Shown here: in pieces, positions 49,570 through 59,899 of the stretch
Layout of the letters: each line of letters starts with the position of its first letter
How positions within the stretch are numbered: the first letter of the stretch is position 1
IMG/VR virus record: IMGVR_UViG_3300032225_001145
Coordinates: 60,972-124,971 of that record
Strand: one strand, 5' to 3'
Length of the DNA: 64,000 bases
Source of the DNA: a virus
Lineage: Duplodnaviria; Caudoviricetes
Translations under genes and position numbers: made by a program
Notes under the pieces: model-generated
The model's input: the letters and a program-made list of their open reading frames with translations, nothing else
Databases searched by the model: none
What the model was told of the DNA's origin: nothing

Positions 49570-51081
49570 TTAATTTGTCTTAGTAATAGTTGTTCCAGGA
49601 GGTATAGTTGGTGCTCCTGGAGGAATGGTATTTGGTCCAGTACTTAAACTAATACTATTTTGTACCCCTTGATTATGATATGGCCACGGCTCATGTGACG
49701 GAGCTCGAGTGGTAATACTTTGTATTCCGTCTGCTGATACTTGCCATCCTGAACTAGCAGCAAATTCGCTGTTTGGCATTGTGTATTCAATTAAAGGATC
49801 TGGTATATCTACACTAGGAGCAAACCCAGGATTTAATTCTATTGTAGGTGCTTGTAATACCAACTCTCCAGTTGAATTCCAAGATCCGCCTTGACTATCT
49901 AATGCTAATTGACCGTTACTCTTAACCCCAATAGTCGCTTCACTGAATAATTTCATTGCCGCTTTACTAGAACCAGTAAAAAAACCTTCGCTTTCTAGTG
50001 TAGTTCCTATTTTACTTTTCATATTGATATTACCGCCAGCATAAACATTAAAGTCTTTGTCGGCATGTAAATTAATTGTACCTTCTGTGCGTAAATTAAT
50101 GGAATTTGTTGTGTAAACATCCAGTGTGCCTTCTTGACCAAATTCTAACCATACTTGACCATTGGCATGAGCAATGTAAAAACAATTACCATCGTCTGAC
50201 ATTGTAACTTGATGCCCTTTAGCAGTACGGATACGAACTAAAGAATTTTTACCCGATATGTCACCATCATCCATTACAAACGAATGGCCGCCTTTACGGC
50301 CAACTACTTGTATGTCTTGCTCTGTAACAGATCCAGATTTTAACTGGGAAACAATAGTTGTATCTTGTAGCCCACCTTGATAAATTGGTCTACCTGGAGT
50401 TGAAGTGCCATGAGCATTAGATGGACTTTCGCGCTGACTAGAAGATGTGATAGGGCCACGAATTGGGTCATTGGACAATCCTTGCTGAAACATTACACTT
50501 GCTAGATAACTGTGTACTGGTTTAGGTTGATCGAAAAATTTTGGATTTTCAATTACACCTACATTTTGTGGAGCATTGTTAATTTCAATGACTGGTTGTA
50601 GTGGAGCTTTGGCAAAATATGTAGATTGATTTTCATTTTGTGGGACAAAATTATTAACAGCCCCTATAGCAGGAGTCATATGGTTCATACCTTGCTGTTG
50701 TATAGTCCCAATATAATAACCCTGTGTAGGATCACCGCCAACAAAGAAACAAAGAACAGTTACACCTACATCAGGAGGACTAGACGATGTGCCGTAACTC
50801 ATTTGATTATTAGTACTGCCATATGTGCCTACGCCAGTACTTGTACTTGATTTAGGACTAGCTCCAGCCGAAGGACTTACATAACTTACTGTGCGCCACA
50901 ATGATTTGTCTGTTTTATTTCCTGCTCCAAATTGTTCTATATAAACTTGAACACGACCGCTGCGGGTTGGGTCTACATTATTCATGATTTCGCCAACAAA
51001 CGGACCAAACTCTGTTGGCATCCCACCAGCATCAAATTTATAATTAGGTAATCGTCCTCGACTTTTTTGTATATTATCCAT
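49570..51081 (-). CDS. baseplate central spike (gp5/VgrG-like OB fold + beta-helix)
   Basis: DPTRSGRVQV, PPDVGVTVLCFF..GD, GHSFVMDDG, RIRTAKGHQ, repeated beta-helix strands. Confidence 0.85.
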   Translation of the reverse strand: MDNIQKSRGRLPNYKFDAGGMPTEFGPFVGEIMNNVDPTRSGRVQVYIEQFGAGNKTDKSLWRTVSYVSPSAGASPKSSTSTGVGTYGSTNNQMSYGTSSSPPDVGVTVLCFFVGGDPTQGYYIGTIQQQGMNHMTPAIGAVNNFVPQNENQSTYFAKAPLQPVIEINNAPQNVGVIENPKFFDQPKPVHSYLASVMFQQGLSNDPIRGPITSSSQRESPSNAHGTSTPGRPIYQGGLQDTTIVSQLKSGSVTEQDIQVVGRKGGHSFVMDDGDISGKNSLVRIRTAKGHQVTMSDDGNCFYIAHANGQVWLEFGQEGTLDVYTTNSINLRTEGTINLHADKDFNVYAGGNINMKSKIGTTLESEGFFTGSSKAAMKLFSEATIGVKSNGQLALDSQGGSWNSTGELVLQAPTIELNPGFAPSVDIPDPLIEYTMPNSEFAASSGWQVSADGIQSITTRAPSHEPWPYHNQGVQNSISLSTGPNTIPPGAPTIPPGTTITKTN

Positions 51082-52844
51082 TAATTATCCTTAGGCGCCA
51101 TTGTTTGCGTTTCTGTACTTAATCGAGCAGCACGAGTCCGTTGATTTAATCCGTTGCCAAAAATATTGTTAAGAGTTTCTGCCGCTGCCTGTTGACCTCT
51201 TGGTAAAGTTGGGGTAATATCCCCATTACTTTTTGGAGGTTGAATTGGAGCTTGTGGTTGTAAATTCTTTTCTACTACAGGGCCAACGGCAGCTTGTACA
51301 GCAGGGTTAGGATTACCTGCTGTACCTTGTGTTATTTCTGTTGTATCAAAATCTCTAGAAGGTGTTCTCGGAGTACTGCCTCCTCTAAGATCAACAAAAC
51401 TTTTTTTGGCTTGTTCTCTAGCTAACTTTTCATTTTCTGCCGCAGCTAAAGCATTATTTAAATAGGCGCTACCTTGTATTTCTTGTTCAAATTTTCCTTG
51501 ACTGAATGTGCTTATAACTGACTGTGCTACCCATACTGTATGTGCTTGCGGTTGTAACAAAGCTAATGACCCGTCAGCATTTCTTGTTTGCTGGTTAGTA
51601 TCTATTAGCCCTGTATCAAAATTATAATCAGCAGGACGGTTCCATATAACATCAAACAATACTTGCCCGGCATCAAAATTTATAGTCCCATCTGCATTAA
51701 AAGGGGCAAATGTAAAATTTTGAGGAGTGGTACTATTTGTTATTTCTCCCTGCATTAACCAAGCCGGATCGCCTATTACTTTTAATTTGATATTTGATTG
51801 GTTACCTAACGAATAAAGATAATCTGCGGCACTGGAACCTATCAAGGCGGCACCTTTATCAGCATATTGGCTACTAACACTAGCACCTGCTGCAAATTTT
51901 CTGGGTATTTGTGGAAGATTATTAGTTGGTGTAATAGGAGTGTTTTTTAATCCAAATAAATTTGGAGTATTATCTGCTGGCGTTCCGTCAGACGCTGGTG
52001 CCCCACTATCTTCTGCTGACATGATTACTAAATTGTACATATTATCGTATTCTGATTCAAAATCGAGAATTTGTGTATTTTTTCCAGTGAACCAATAATT
52101 AAATGTTTTATGGGTGCCTAAAAAAGCTCCTGGTTGAAAATATTGACTTTTTATATCAGTGATCGAAAATTGACTAATAATATATGTCATTCTATAAGCA
52201 TACTCTTGTCTAAGGTCGTCCCATCCAAGATTAGTAGCACGAAAATTAATCTTATACCAATTAAACCCCGTATTGTTATTAACAGTAGGATTTGGTATAG
52301 GACTACCGGTGGCTTCGTCGTAGATTACATTAGCTTGATCTGTTACAAATGAACTACCACGCATAATTTGATCTATAAATTGTACTATTTGTGTTCCCAT
52401 TTCAACACTTATTACTCTGGCAGTATTTTGTAATTTATTTGAGGCTGGATTTAATTGTGCGTTAGGATTTTTAGCATCAGCCATGGGCGACGATTTGTAA
52501 GCTGTAGTACCTTTTAATGCTACTGTGGCTTGTGCCATATTTACAGGAGCAAATTCTATTACATATTCATCAGCTATAGAATATAATTTTTTCTTTACTA
52601 GATTTTTTTGAAACTGATTTAACGCATCACACAGTCCAGTAAAAACTGTTATAGAATTAGCGTTAGGAGCAGCTACAGTTGTTGGAGGAGCATGTCCTGG
52701 CAACATTGAGTCGTCTTCCCGTGTGGAACTCAGTTCTCGAGCAGGTGTGGCATTTTTTTGCGCAGCGGCTGTTCGTTGCGAATACGATTGTGTTAAAGCA
52801 GAATAATTAAAAAAACTAGAATTATTTTGTCTATTCGATGGCAT
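51081..52844 (-). CDS. putative baseplate hub protein, C-terminal part (gp27-like)
   Basis: Y.FTGKNTQILDF, LKVIGDPAW, V.STFSQGKFEQ.I; position before the spike gene. Confidence 0.6.
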   Translation of the reverse strand: MPSNRQNNSSFFNYSALTQSYSQRTAAAQKNATPARELSSTREDDSMLPGHAPPTTVAAPNANSITVFTGLCDALNQFQKNLVKKKLYSIADEYVIEFAPVNMAQATVALKGTTAYKSSPMADAKNPNAQLNPASNKLQNTARVISVEMGTQIVQFIDQIMRGSSFVTDQANVIYDEATGSPIPNPTVNNNTGFNWYKINFRATNLGWDDLRQEYAYRMTYIISQFSITDIKSQYFQPGAFLGTHKTFNYWFTGKNTQILDFESEYDNMYNLVIMSAEDSGAPASDGTPADNTPNLFGLKNTPITPTNNLPQIPRKFAAGASVSSQYADKGAALIGSSAADYLYSLGNQSNIKLKVIGDPAWLMQGEITNSTTPQNFTFAPFNADGTINFDAGQVLFDVIWNRPADYNFDTGLIDTNQQTRNADGSLALLQPQAHTVWVAQSVISTFSQGKFEQEIQGSAYLNNALAAAENEKLAREQAKKSFVDLRGGSTPRTPSRDFDTTEITQGTAGNPNPAVQAAVGPVVEKNLQPQAPIQPPKSNGDITPTLPRGQQAAAETLNNIFGNGLNQRTRAARLSTETQTMAPKDN

Positions 52845-52846
52845 AA

Positions 52847-54109
52847 TTAGTACCCAGCTTGATCGTAAGGATTAAAACCAGGCTCAAAGGCTGGTGATGC
52901 TGTTGGTGTAGGTTGAACAGAAGCTGACGGTGCTCGTGGTATAGCTGGTACCCCAGTTCGTTTACTATCGTCGGGACTAACTTCATTAGTATTAGATTGA
53001 TTTCCAGAAAGTATATCACTAACTGTTTTACCAACTAGGTTAAAATTTTGTTGTATAGAACCTCTAGCGGCGGAAGCTCCTAAAACATACATTGTACACA
53101 AACCTTTTATTCTGTATTCGATAGCTTTACTCGATAATTTAAAATCTAAACTTGATATAACAAATGGATAAAATTTTGTAATAATAGCGCCTCCTGGATT
53201 TCCACCTTGCAGTAAATTTCCTTGATCATCATATCCATAAAATCTTATTACCATAACATAATTTGCTTGCGTATAACTTGGAGTAGTAGTTGCACTACTG
53301 CCTGTAGTATTTGGTCCTACTCCTGCTTCTCCTGGAACAGTATTTGTTGCGCCCGTGGTCGTATTATAAGAAGACGGAGCTTGTTTATACAAAGTCTGAA
53401 CTGCTTGAACTAGATTATTAATAAGAGATATTCCATTTGGTTCTAATATAGTAAATTCTATATTAGTAACATTGTGTGCAGCTCCGGTGCCAGGGCCGCC
53501 ACCTGGAAATCCGCTTACTAAGGTTAAATTATCTAAATAATAATCTAAATTAAAAAAAGGACTTCGTTGTCCCAACGCTGAAGAATTTGGGGTAGTCATT
53601 GCTCCGCCACTTTGTATTAATAATGTCCAATCTGCAAAATTTGGTGGCCCTAATTCTAAATCGTTAAACTGTGTATCGCTGATTAAATATAAGCCTAACG
53701 AATATGTATAGCTAGCATATTGATCCAATATGTTTGGTTGTGCTTTAATAAAACCTACACTTGGTTGTGTAGCATTTATATTATTATTAATTTTAGAAAC
53801 TGTAGCTTGCCCACTGTCGTCATTTGGTGCGCCAACTCCAGCACGGTTTGATGCGGTTGGCGGCAATGGGTTGCCTTCATCATCATTTATTATACCTAAC
53901 GGGTTAGCTGCTGTTTGTGTTGACAAATTTTGATTTAGTTGATCTTTTTTGACCACTGGTGGATTAGCCATTGGACCAGGCGGGGTTTGTTCTGAAGTTG
54001 ATTGCGTTTGTTTTAGAGCCTTTATTTCATCTTGTTGTGCGGCCACTGTGCGTTGACTGGTGCTGCTAAAATTAAAAAAATTAGAGTTGCCTTGTTTATT
54101 AGCTGGCAT
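52847..54109 (-). CDS. putative baseplate hub protein, N-terminal part
   Basis: NILDQYASYTY, FTILEPNG, IRFYGYDD; position between gp53-like and hub-C genes. Confidence 0.55.
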   Translation of the reverse strand: MPANKQGNSNFFNFSSTSQRTVAAQQDEIKALKQTQSTSEQTPPGPMANPPVVKKDQLNQNLSTQTAANPLGIINDDEGNPLPPTASNRAGVGAPNDDSGQATVSKINNNINATQPSVGFIKAQPNILDQYASYTYSLGLYLISDTQFNDLELGPPNFADWTLLIQSGGAMTTPNSSALGQRSPFFNLDYYLDNLTLVSGFPGGGPGTGAAHNVTNIEFTILEPNGISLINNLVQAVQTLYKQAPSSYNTTTGATNTVPGEAGVGPNTTGSSATTTPSYTQANYVMVIRFYGYDDQGNLLQGGNPGGAIITKFYPFVISSLDFKLSSKAIEYRIKGLCTMYVLGASAARGSIQQNFNLVGKTVSDILSGNQSNTNEVSPDDSKRTGVPAIPRAPSASVQPTPTASPAFEPGFNPYDQAGY

Positions 54110-54110
54110 G

Positions 54111-54413
54111 TTAGAATCCCAACGCTGATTGTAGTGTTGTAATCATTGGCAAATAGATTTGCACACCTGCTTTAAAATCTAGGGGAGGTGCCGTTAATGT
54201 GTTTGGATTCCTCTGATAAAATACCCACCACAAATTACTGTTATTGTATAAATCATGTGCTAGTAGATCTGGTCTATACTGATAGGTAGCATTAATTGTG
54301 AAATATTGATCACTACTTAATTTAGGTATGGGTCTATTAGTCATTGCATCTAAAAAATATTGACTAAATTGAGTTCTATAATATGGGCTTGTTACATCAT
54401 AAGAAGTAGCCAT
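54111..54413 (-). CDS. LysM-like baseplate wedge protein (gp53-like)
   Basis: YRPDLLAHDLY....LWWVF...N. Confidence 0.75.
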   Translation of the reverse strand: MATSYDVTSPYYRTQFSQYFLDAMTNRPIPKLSSDQYFTINATYQYRPDLLAHDLYNNSNLWWVFYQRNPNTLTAPPLDFKAGVQIYLPMITTLQSALGF

Positions 54414-55561
54414 TACCAAAATCCTCCTCTTAATCCATCGCCGCTGGCATAATTACGCAAACTGAATTGATTACTCATTTTCTGTCTACTTACCATTGGC
54501 AATAATGTAATTGTAATAGCCATCTTAGTTGGTACATAGGTAGCACTACCAGACGCTAAATTTGGAACACCAAAAGCTCCAAACGGAGTATTAGGTATGG
54601 CACCTTTAGTTGTAAACGCATTGGCCAATCGCTGTATACTGGAAAAAATATTATTTGTAGCAACACTTTGTTGTAAAACATTTTGTGCTGTCGCAGGCAA
54701 ATTAACATTGTTTGTCACTTGAGCTCTAATATAATCAACATCGTCAGGTAAGCTATATGTAAAATCACTTAATACACAAGGGTGTTTATTAAATTGGTAT
54801 TGTCCAAAACCTGACAAGAACAATAAAGGCGGTGGACTACCTTTTTCGGCATCTTGTCCGTAAAACATTTTACCTGCGCTACGCAAAAAATGTATTACTG
54901 CTAACAAATAATTTGCTTGTTGTGTATCTTGGGCTGTAAAATTTGCTGTAATAGTTACTGTAGGTACTTGGCTATTTTGATAAAAATAACCTTTAAAATT
55001 GGCGTGAGTTAAATCATACGGAGCATAATTTGATTTGTAGCTTATATCAATTTTAGGAGTATAAGGAAATATAATTCCGTTGGTCACTTGTAGTGGTTGT
55101 AGTATACCTGGTTGTTTGGCATTATACAAATAATCTGATTGTGGAGCTAAACTTAATCTTACTCGCCAGTCCCCGTTACTAGCCTCTTGCCCTAATGTTA
55201 CTGCTCGTATTGGCTGTTGTCGAGCATTGTTGATGCCGCTTTGTATTTCTGATGCTAGCGGACTACCTGAAGATGTACCTTCGCCTTCATCTACTTCAGC
55301 TGCTCTATACAATACCCCGTCTTTAAATGTATTACCCAAACTATCAGTAGTAAACCCAGGTTCGCTATCATCATGATCAGGAGCTTGGGGAGCTCTATTG
55401 ATTGCGCTATCAGGCACTATTTCTTCGCCTGGAGATAAACTAGCTTCCGGGTCTACCTCAGGAGATACTGTAGTTTTAGTATCAATTTGACTAGCAGAAA
55501 TCCCCAGAGCGTTTAATTCTTCGTCTGATATACCGGTTACTGTAACTGTTCCTATTGCCAT
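54413..55561 (-). CDS. tail tube initiator/baseplate tube-like protein
   Basis: FPYTP, PPPLLFLSGFG, PCVLSDFTYSLPDDVDY; start moved to MAIGTV (55561) with AGGA RBS and TAAATA upstream. Confidence 0.6.
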   Translation of the reverse strand: MAIGTVTVTGISDEELNALGISASQIDTKTTVSPEVDPEASLSPGEEIVPDSAINRAPQAPDHDDSEPGFTTDSLGNTFKDGVLYRAAEVDEGEGTSSGSPLASEIQSGINNARQQPIRAVTLGQEASNGDWRVRLSLAPQSDYLYNAKQPGILQPLQVTNGIIFPYTPKIDISYKSNYAPYDLTHANFKGYFYQNSQVPTVTITANFTAQDTQQANYLLAVIHFLRSAGKMFYGQDAEKGSPPPLLFLSGFGQYQFNKHPCVLSDFTYSLPDDVDYIRAQVTNNVNLPATAQNVLQQSVATNNIFSSIQRLANAFTTKGAIPNTPFGAFGVPNLASGSATYVPTKMAITITLLPMVSRQKMSNQFSLRNYASGDGLRGGFW

Positions 55562-55621
55562 TTTGATTATCCTATACAATATTTATGGTTTAAATAATGT
55601 GCTCATATTATGTTAAAAAGG

Positions 55622-55654
55622 TTGACAAACGGTTGACTGATGTTATAATAAATA
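55622..55654 (+). promoter_or_regulatory. overlapping sigma70 and late promoters upstream of the late sigma gene
   Basis: TTGACA-16-(TG)nTATAAT whose last base begins TAAATA (55649-55654). Confidence 0.65.
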
Positions 55655-55674
55655 TTCACTCAGGAGATCATTTA

Positions 55675-56601
55675 GTGGCCACAGCACCCTTAGTATCACA
55701 AAGAAAAGTCATTTATCTCAATAATAGAGATATTCTAAAGCAAATACATTTAAGTAAAAACACATATTGTACATACGTAGATCCCGTAAACGACCACCAA
55801 TATGACATTATTTTACCCAGTATTTTAAAAATAAATCAGCGTACAATAGCAGAAGCTAGACGAAATCGCTCTGATCGTATTAAAAAAGAAACAGGCGTAG
55901 TTATAGATCCTAAGAAAATACCCAACACTGATTTAGTTTTTCGTGTTACAACATGGGAACATATACCTATGGCTCCTAAAAAAATCCCAAAATCAGCTAC
56001 TACTAAAAAGAAAAAAATAGAAGATATCTTTGAACTTGAATTATTAGAAGAAGACCCAGTATTAGATCTTCCTATTCCCGAGGACTCCGAATCAGCTACT
56101 GCAAAATATGTGAGATTACCATTCCCACCATTTTTCCACTATCGTGTAGATGATAAAAAACAACCGTTTCTCGTGGGTAAAAGTCATTGGGTTGGAGATT
56201 TAGAAAAAGGTGAATTCAGCAAAGATCACGGTAATATGACTCGAATACTAGCTAATATGTTTATTAAGTTATGTGACAGATATGCTACTCGTAGTAACTG
56301 GCGCGGATATACTTATAACGAAGAAATGCGCGGTGCTGCGCTAGTACAGTTAAGTCAGATTGGACTTAGATTTGACGAAAGTAAATCACAAAATCCATTT
56401 GCTTACTATACTGCCGCTATTACTAATTCATTTACTCATGTGTTAAATTCTGAAAAGAAAAATCAAAACATTCGCGATGATATGTTGGAAATGAACGGTC
56501 TCAACCCAAGTTGGACTAGACAAGCCGCTGGTAAAAAAGATCCAAATCTCAATTCAGTTGTTACCAATATTGACGTTTCTGAATACAATATTGAAGATTA
56601 A
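55675..56601 (+). CDS. gp55: late-transcription sigma factor (T4 gp55-like)
   Basis: YLNNRD N-terminus; RSNWRGYTYNEEM...RFDESKSQNPFAYYT..ITNSF...LN.EKK; GTG 55675 follows AGGAG; T4 synteny 55-47-46. Confidence 0.88.
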   Translation: MATAPLVSQRKVIYLNNRDILKQIHLSKNTYCTYVDPVNDHQYDIILPSILKINQRTIAEARRNRSDRIKKETGVVIDPKKIPNTDLVFRVTTWEHIPMAPKKIPKSATTKKKKIEDIFELELLEEDPVLDLPIPEDSESATAKYVRLPFPPFFHYRVDDKKQPFLVGKSHWVGDLEKGEFSKDHGNMTRILANMFIKLCDRYATRSNWRGYTYNEEMRGAALVQLSQIGLRFDESKSQNPFAYYTAAITNSFTHVLNSEKKNQNIRDDMLEMNGLNPSWTRQAAGKKDPNLNSVVTNIDVSEYNIED

Positions 56602-56610
56602 CCAGTTTAG

Positions 56611-56639
56611 TTGTAATTTACAATTTAGAAGTGTATAAT
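56611..56639 (+). promoter_or_regulatory. sigma70-type promoter
   Basis: TTGTAA-17-TATAAT upstream of gp47. Confidence 0.7.
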
Positions 56640-56646
56640 CAAGGAT

Positions 56647-57663
56647 ATGACAAATCTATTCCGTAAGGTAGCAGTTTGTACTGACCTCCACTGGGGCTTA
56701 AAATCCAATAGTCTAGTACATAATCGTGATTGTGAAGCATTTATTGATTGGTTTATTGCCAAAGCTAAGGAGGAAGGTTGTGAAACCGGAATGTTCCTCG
56801 GCGATTGGCATAATCATCGTGCTAGTATCAATTTACAAACATTACAATTTAGTGTTCAAGCATTAGAAAAACTATCAAAAGCGTTTGATAAGTTTTACTT
56901 TATCCCCGGCAATCATGATTTATACTATCGCGATAAACGGGACATCCACGGTGCTGAATGGGCTAAACATATTCCAAATATTATCATTGTCAATGATTGG
57001 TTCAAGGAAGGCGACGTTGTTATTGCTCCTTGGCTAGTGGGTGATGATCATAAAAAATTACACAAAATGTCAGCCAAATATATGTTTGGACATTTTGAAC
57101 TTCCACATTTTAAAATGAATGCCATGGTAGAAATGCCAGATCATGGAGAAATTAGCGTAGATAGTTTTGGCGGGGTTGAAAGCGTATATTCTGGACATTT
57201 TCATTTACGCCAGCAAAAGAAAAATATCACATACATTGGAAATTGTTTTCCACATAACTTTGCCGATGCTGGTGATGACCAACGAGGTATGATGGTTAAA
57301 GAATGGGGCAAAGAAGATCAGTATTTTGCTTGGCCTGGACAACCATTATATCGTGTTATGAAGCTAAGTGATGCTATCGATAACGGTGCTAGTATATTTG
57401 TGCCTAATATGCATGTTCGTGTAGAGTTAGACATTGATATTAGCTATGAAGAAGCTAACTTTATCAAAGAAACATTTATTAAAGATTATAATCTGCGTGA
57501 AATGGCTTTAATACCTAGCAAGAAAACTGATATTAATACCGACTTAGCTCCAGGAGATGTTAAGTTTGAATCCGTGGATCAAATTGTAACAGATCAGCTT
57601 ACTAATATAGCATCAGAGTTTTATGACAATAAGTTATTACTAAAAATTTACCAAAATCTATGA
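56647..57663 (+). CDS. gp47: recombination endonuclease subunit (Mre11/SbcD, T4 gp47-like)
   Basis: DLH, GDW, GNHD, GHFH phosphoesterase motifs. Confidence 0.93.
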   Translation: MTNLFRKVAVCTDLHWGLKSNSLVHNRDCEAFIDWFIAKAKEEGCETGMFLGDWHNHRASINLQTLQFSVQALEKLSKAFDKFYFIPGNHDLYYRDKRDIHGAEWAKHIPNIIIVNDWFKEGDVVIAPWLVGDDHKKLHKMSAKYMFGHFELPHFKMNAMVEMPDHGEISVDSFGGVESVYSGHFHLRQQKKNITYIGNCFPHNFADAGDDQRGMMVKEWGKEDQYFAWPGQPLYRVMKLSDAIDNGASIFVPNMHVRVELDIDISYEEANFIKETFIKDYNLREMALIPSKKTDINTDLAPGDVKFESVDQIVTDQLTNIASEFYDNKLLLKIYQNL

Positions 57664-59423
57664 TACAAATAAAGAATCTATCAGTTAAAAACTTCATGAG
57701 TGTAGGTAATGCTACACAAGGTATCAACTTTGATCGCCAAGACTTAACATTAGTTCTAGGTGAAAACATGGATTTAGGTGGAGATGGATCACGCAATGGT
57801 ACTGGTAAGACTACTATTATCAATGCGTTAAGCTATGCTATGTATGGTACTGCTTTAAGCAATATTCGCAAAGACAATTTAGTTAATAAAACCAACGGTA
57901 AGAACATGATTGTTTCGTTAGACTTTACAGTTGGCAACGTAGATTACAAAATTGAGCGTGGGCGCAAGCCTAACTTGCTAAAGTTTTATGTCAATAATAA
58001 AGAAACTGAAGCCGACGACAATGCTCAGGGTGATAGTCGCGAAACACAAGATGCTATCGAAAACATTTTAGGTATGAGTCACGATATGTTCAAACATATT
58101 ATGGCATTAAACACTTATACTGAACCGTTTTTATCGTTGAAAGCTAATGATCAGCGTACTATTATTGAACAGTTGCTTGGCATTACCATGCTATCTGAAC
58201 GAGCTGAAAAAATTAAAGAATTAAATCGTACTACTAAGGAAGACATTACTAAAGAAGAATTTAGAATTCGTGCTGTTCAAGATGCTAACAAGCGTATAGA
58301 AGAACAAATCGAAGCACTAAAGCGCAGACAAGGATTATGGGTAACTAAACATGACAATGATATCAAAGAACTTGAGAAGGCATTATCGTCGCTCCAGGAA
58401 ATTAATATTGAACAGGAAATTCAGGCGCACAAGGACCACAAAGCATGGGATCAACGGCGCAAGGATATCAACGATTTATCTGGTCAGATCAGCCGCACGA
58501 AACTGGATGTTTCACGGGAAGATAAAACGATTTCCAAAGTATCTAAAGAAATTGAAACGCTCAAAACCCATCAATGTCACACGTGCGGTCAACCCTTTCA
58601 CGACACAAAGCACGAATCAGTACTGGCAAGTAAGCAGGAAGATTTGGATGGAGCTCGAGCAAGCCTCACAGAACATACACAACTCTTATCAGAATTGGAG
58701 ACTGCCTTCGAAGCCTTGGGCGTGTTAGGAAAACCTCCTAAGATGTTTTACGATAAAGAAGAAGATGCTATCCAACATCGTACTACTATCGAAGGACTTG
58801 TAACACAAATAGCCAGTAAACGAGCAGAAGTTGATCCATATGATGAACAAATTGATGATATGACTAATCAAGCATTAGAAGAAGTATCATATGATGTGTT
58901 AAACGATTTAACAAAATTACAAGAACATCAAGAATTTTTACTTAAATTATTAACAAGTAAAGATAGTTTTATTCGTAAAAAAATTATTGAACAAAATTTA
59001 TCATACTTAAACGCTCGGTTGACACACTATTTGGATCGTATTGGCTTGCCACATACCGTCGTATTCCAAAATGACTTAACTGTTAGCATTGAAGAACTGG
59101 GTCGAGACTTAGATTTTGATAATTTAAGTCGTGGTGAACGCAATAGACTTATATTAAGTATGGCTTGGGCATTCCGTGATGTATTTGAATCGCTTTATAC
59201 ACCAATTAATGTGTTGTTTATTGACGAAATGATTGATAACGGGTTAGATACACAAGGTGTAGAGTCAGCACTAGCATTATTAAAACAAATGTCGCGTGAA
59301 CGACATAAGAGTATTTGGTTAGTTAGTCATAGAGACGAGCTAGCAGGGCGTGTAGAAAACATTCTTAAAGTAGTTAAAGAAGCAGGATTTACCAGTTATA
59401 ACACAGATATAGAGACAGCATAA
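57660..59423 (+). CDS. gp46: recombination ATPase (Rad50/SbcC, T4 gp46-like)
   Basis: Walker A GSRNGTGKT, CHTC zinc hook in coiled coil, LSRGE signature, FIDE Walker B, SH switch. Confidence 0.93.
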   Translation: MIQIKNLSVKNFMSVGNATQGINFDRQDLTLVLGENMDLGGDGSRNGTGKTTIINALSYAMYGTALSNIRKDNLVNKTNGKNMIVSLDFTVGNVDYKIERGRKPNLLKFYVNNKETEADDNAQGDSRETQDAIENILGMSHDMFKHIMALNTYTEPFLSLKANDQRTIIEQLLGITMLSERAEKIKELNRTTKEDITKEEFRIRAVQDANKRIEEQIEALKRRQGLWVTKHDNDIKELEKALSSLQEINIEQEIQAHKDHKAWDQRRKDINDLSGQISRTKLDVSREDKTISKVSKEIETLKTHQCHTCGQPFHDTKHESVLASKQEDLDGARASLTEHTQLLSELETAFEALGVLGKPPKMFYDKEEDAIQHRTTIEGLVTQIASKRAEVDPYDEQIDDMTNQALEEVSYDVLNDLTKLQEHQEFLLKLLTSKDSFIRKKIIEQNLSYLNARLTHYLDRIGLPHTVVFQNDLTVSIEELGRDLDFDNLSRGERNRLILSMAWAFRDVFESLYTPINVLFIDEMIDNGLDTQGVESALALLKQMSRERHKSIWLVSHRDELAGRVENILKVVKEAGFTSYNTDIETA

Positions 59424-59466
59424 TGAAATTTTCAAGTACCACAATATCGGCGATAACTATTAGTCC

Positions 59467-59895
59467 ATGTCTTGGCTTTATGAAAATCAAACTATTGAAG
59501 CATTACCAGAAGATTGTATTGGATTCGTTTATCTAATCACAAATACACTCTCTGGCCGGAAATATGTAGGAAAAAAATTAGCAAAATTTAGTAAAACATC
59601 ATATCGAGTAGTAAAACTTAAAAACGGTAAGAAGAAACGCAAAAAAATTAAAAGTAAAATAGATTCAGACTGGCAGCAATATTACGGCAGTAACATAGAG
59701 TTGAACAAAGACATCGAACAACTAGGCAGCGAAAATTTTACAAGAGAAATACTATACTACTGTAGGTCCAAGGCTGAATGTAGTTATGTAGAAGCTCGAG
59801 AACAATTTAATAGAAAAGTACTGGAAACTAACGACTATTATAATGGACATATACAAGTTCGTGTACATGGTAGTCATATAATCAACAAAATTTAA
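59467..59895 (+). CDS. stand-alone GIY-YIG family nuclease-like protein
   Basis: GFVYLITN...KYVGKK, YYGS, F.REIL, E and YYN catalytic positions; basic insertion; no C-terminal DNA-binding domain. Confidence 0.85.
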   Translation: MSWLYENQTIEALPEDCIGFVYLITNTLSGRKYVGKKLAKFSKTSYRVVKLKNGKKKRKKIKSKIDSDWQQYYGSNIELNKDIEQLGSENFTREILYYCRSKAECSYVEAREQFNRKVLETNDYYNGHIQVRVHGSHIINKI

Positions 59896-59899
59896 TCAT

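Noticed and set aside
28219-53933. Many short + strand ORFs inside the structural operon
   Set aside because: They are antisense shadows of long minus-strand genes, with no RBS or recognisable motifs.
55597-55674. Track start of the sigma factor at 55597
   Set aside because: This stretch holds the promoter elements; GTG at 55675 follows an AGGAG RBS and is the better start.
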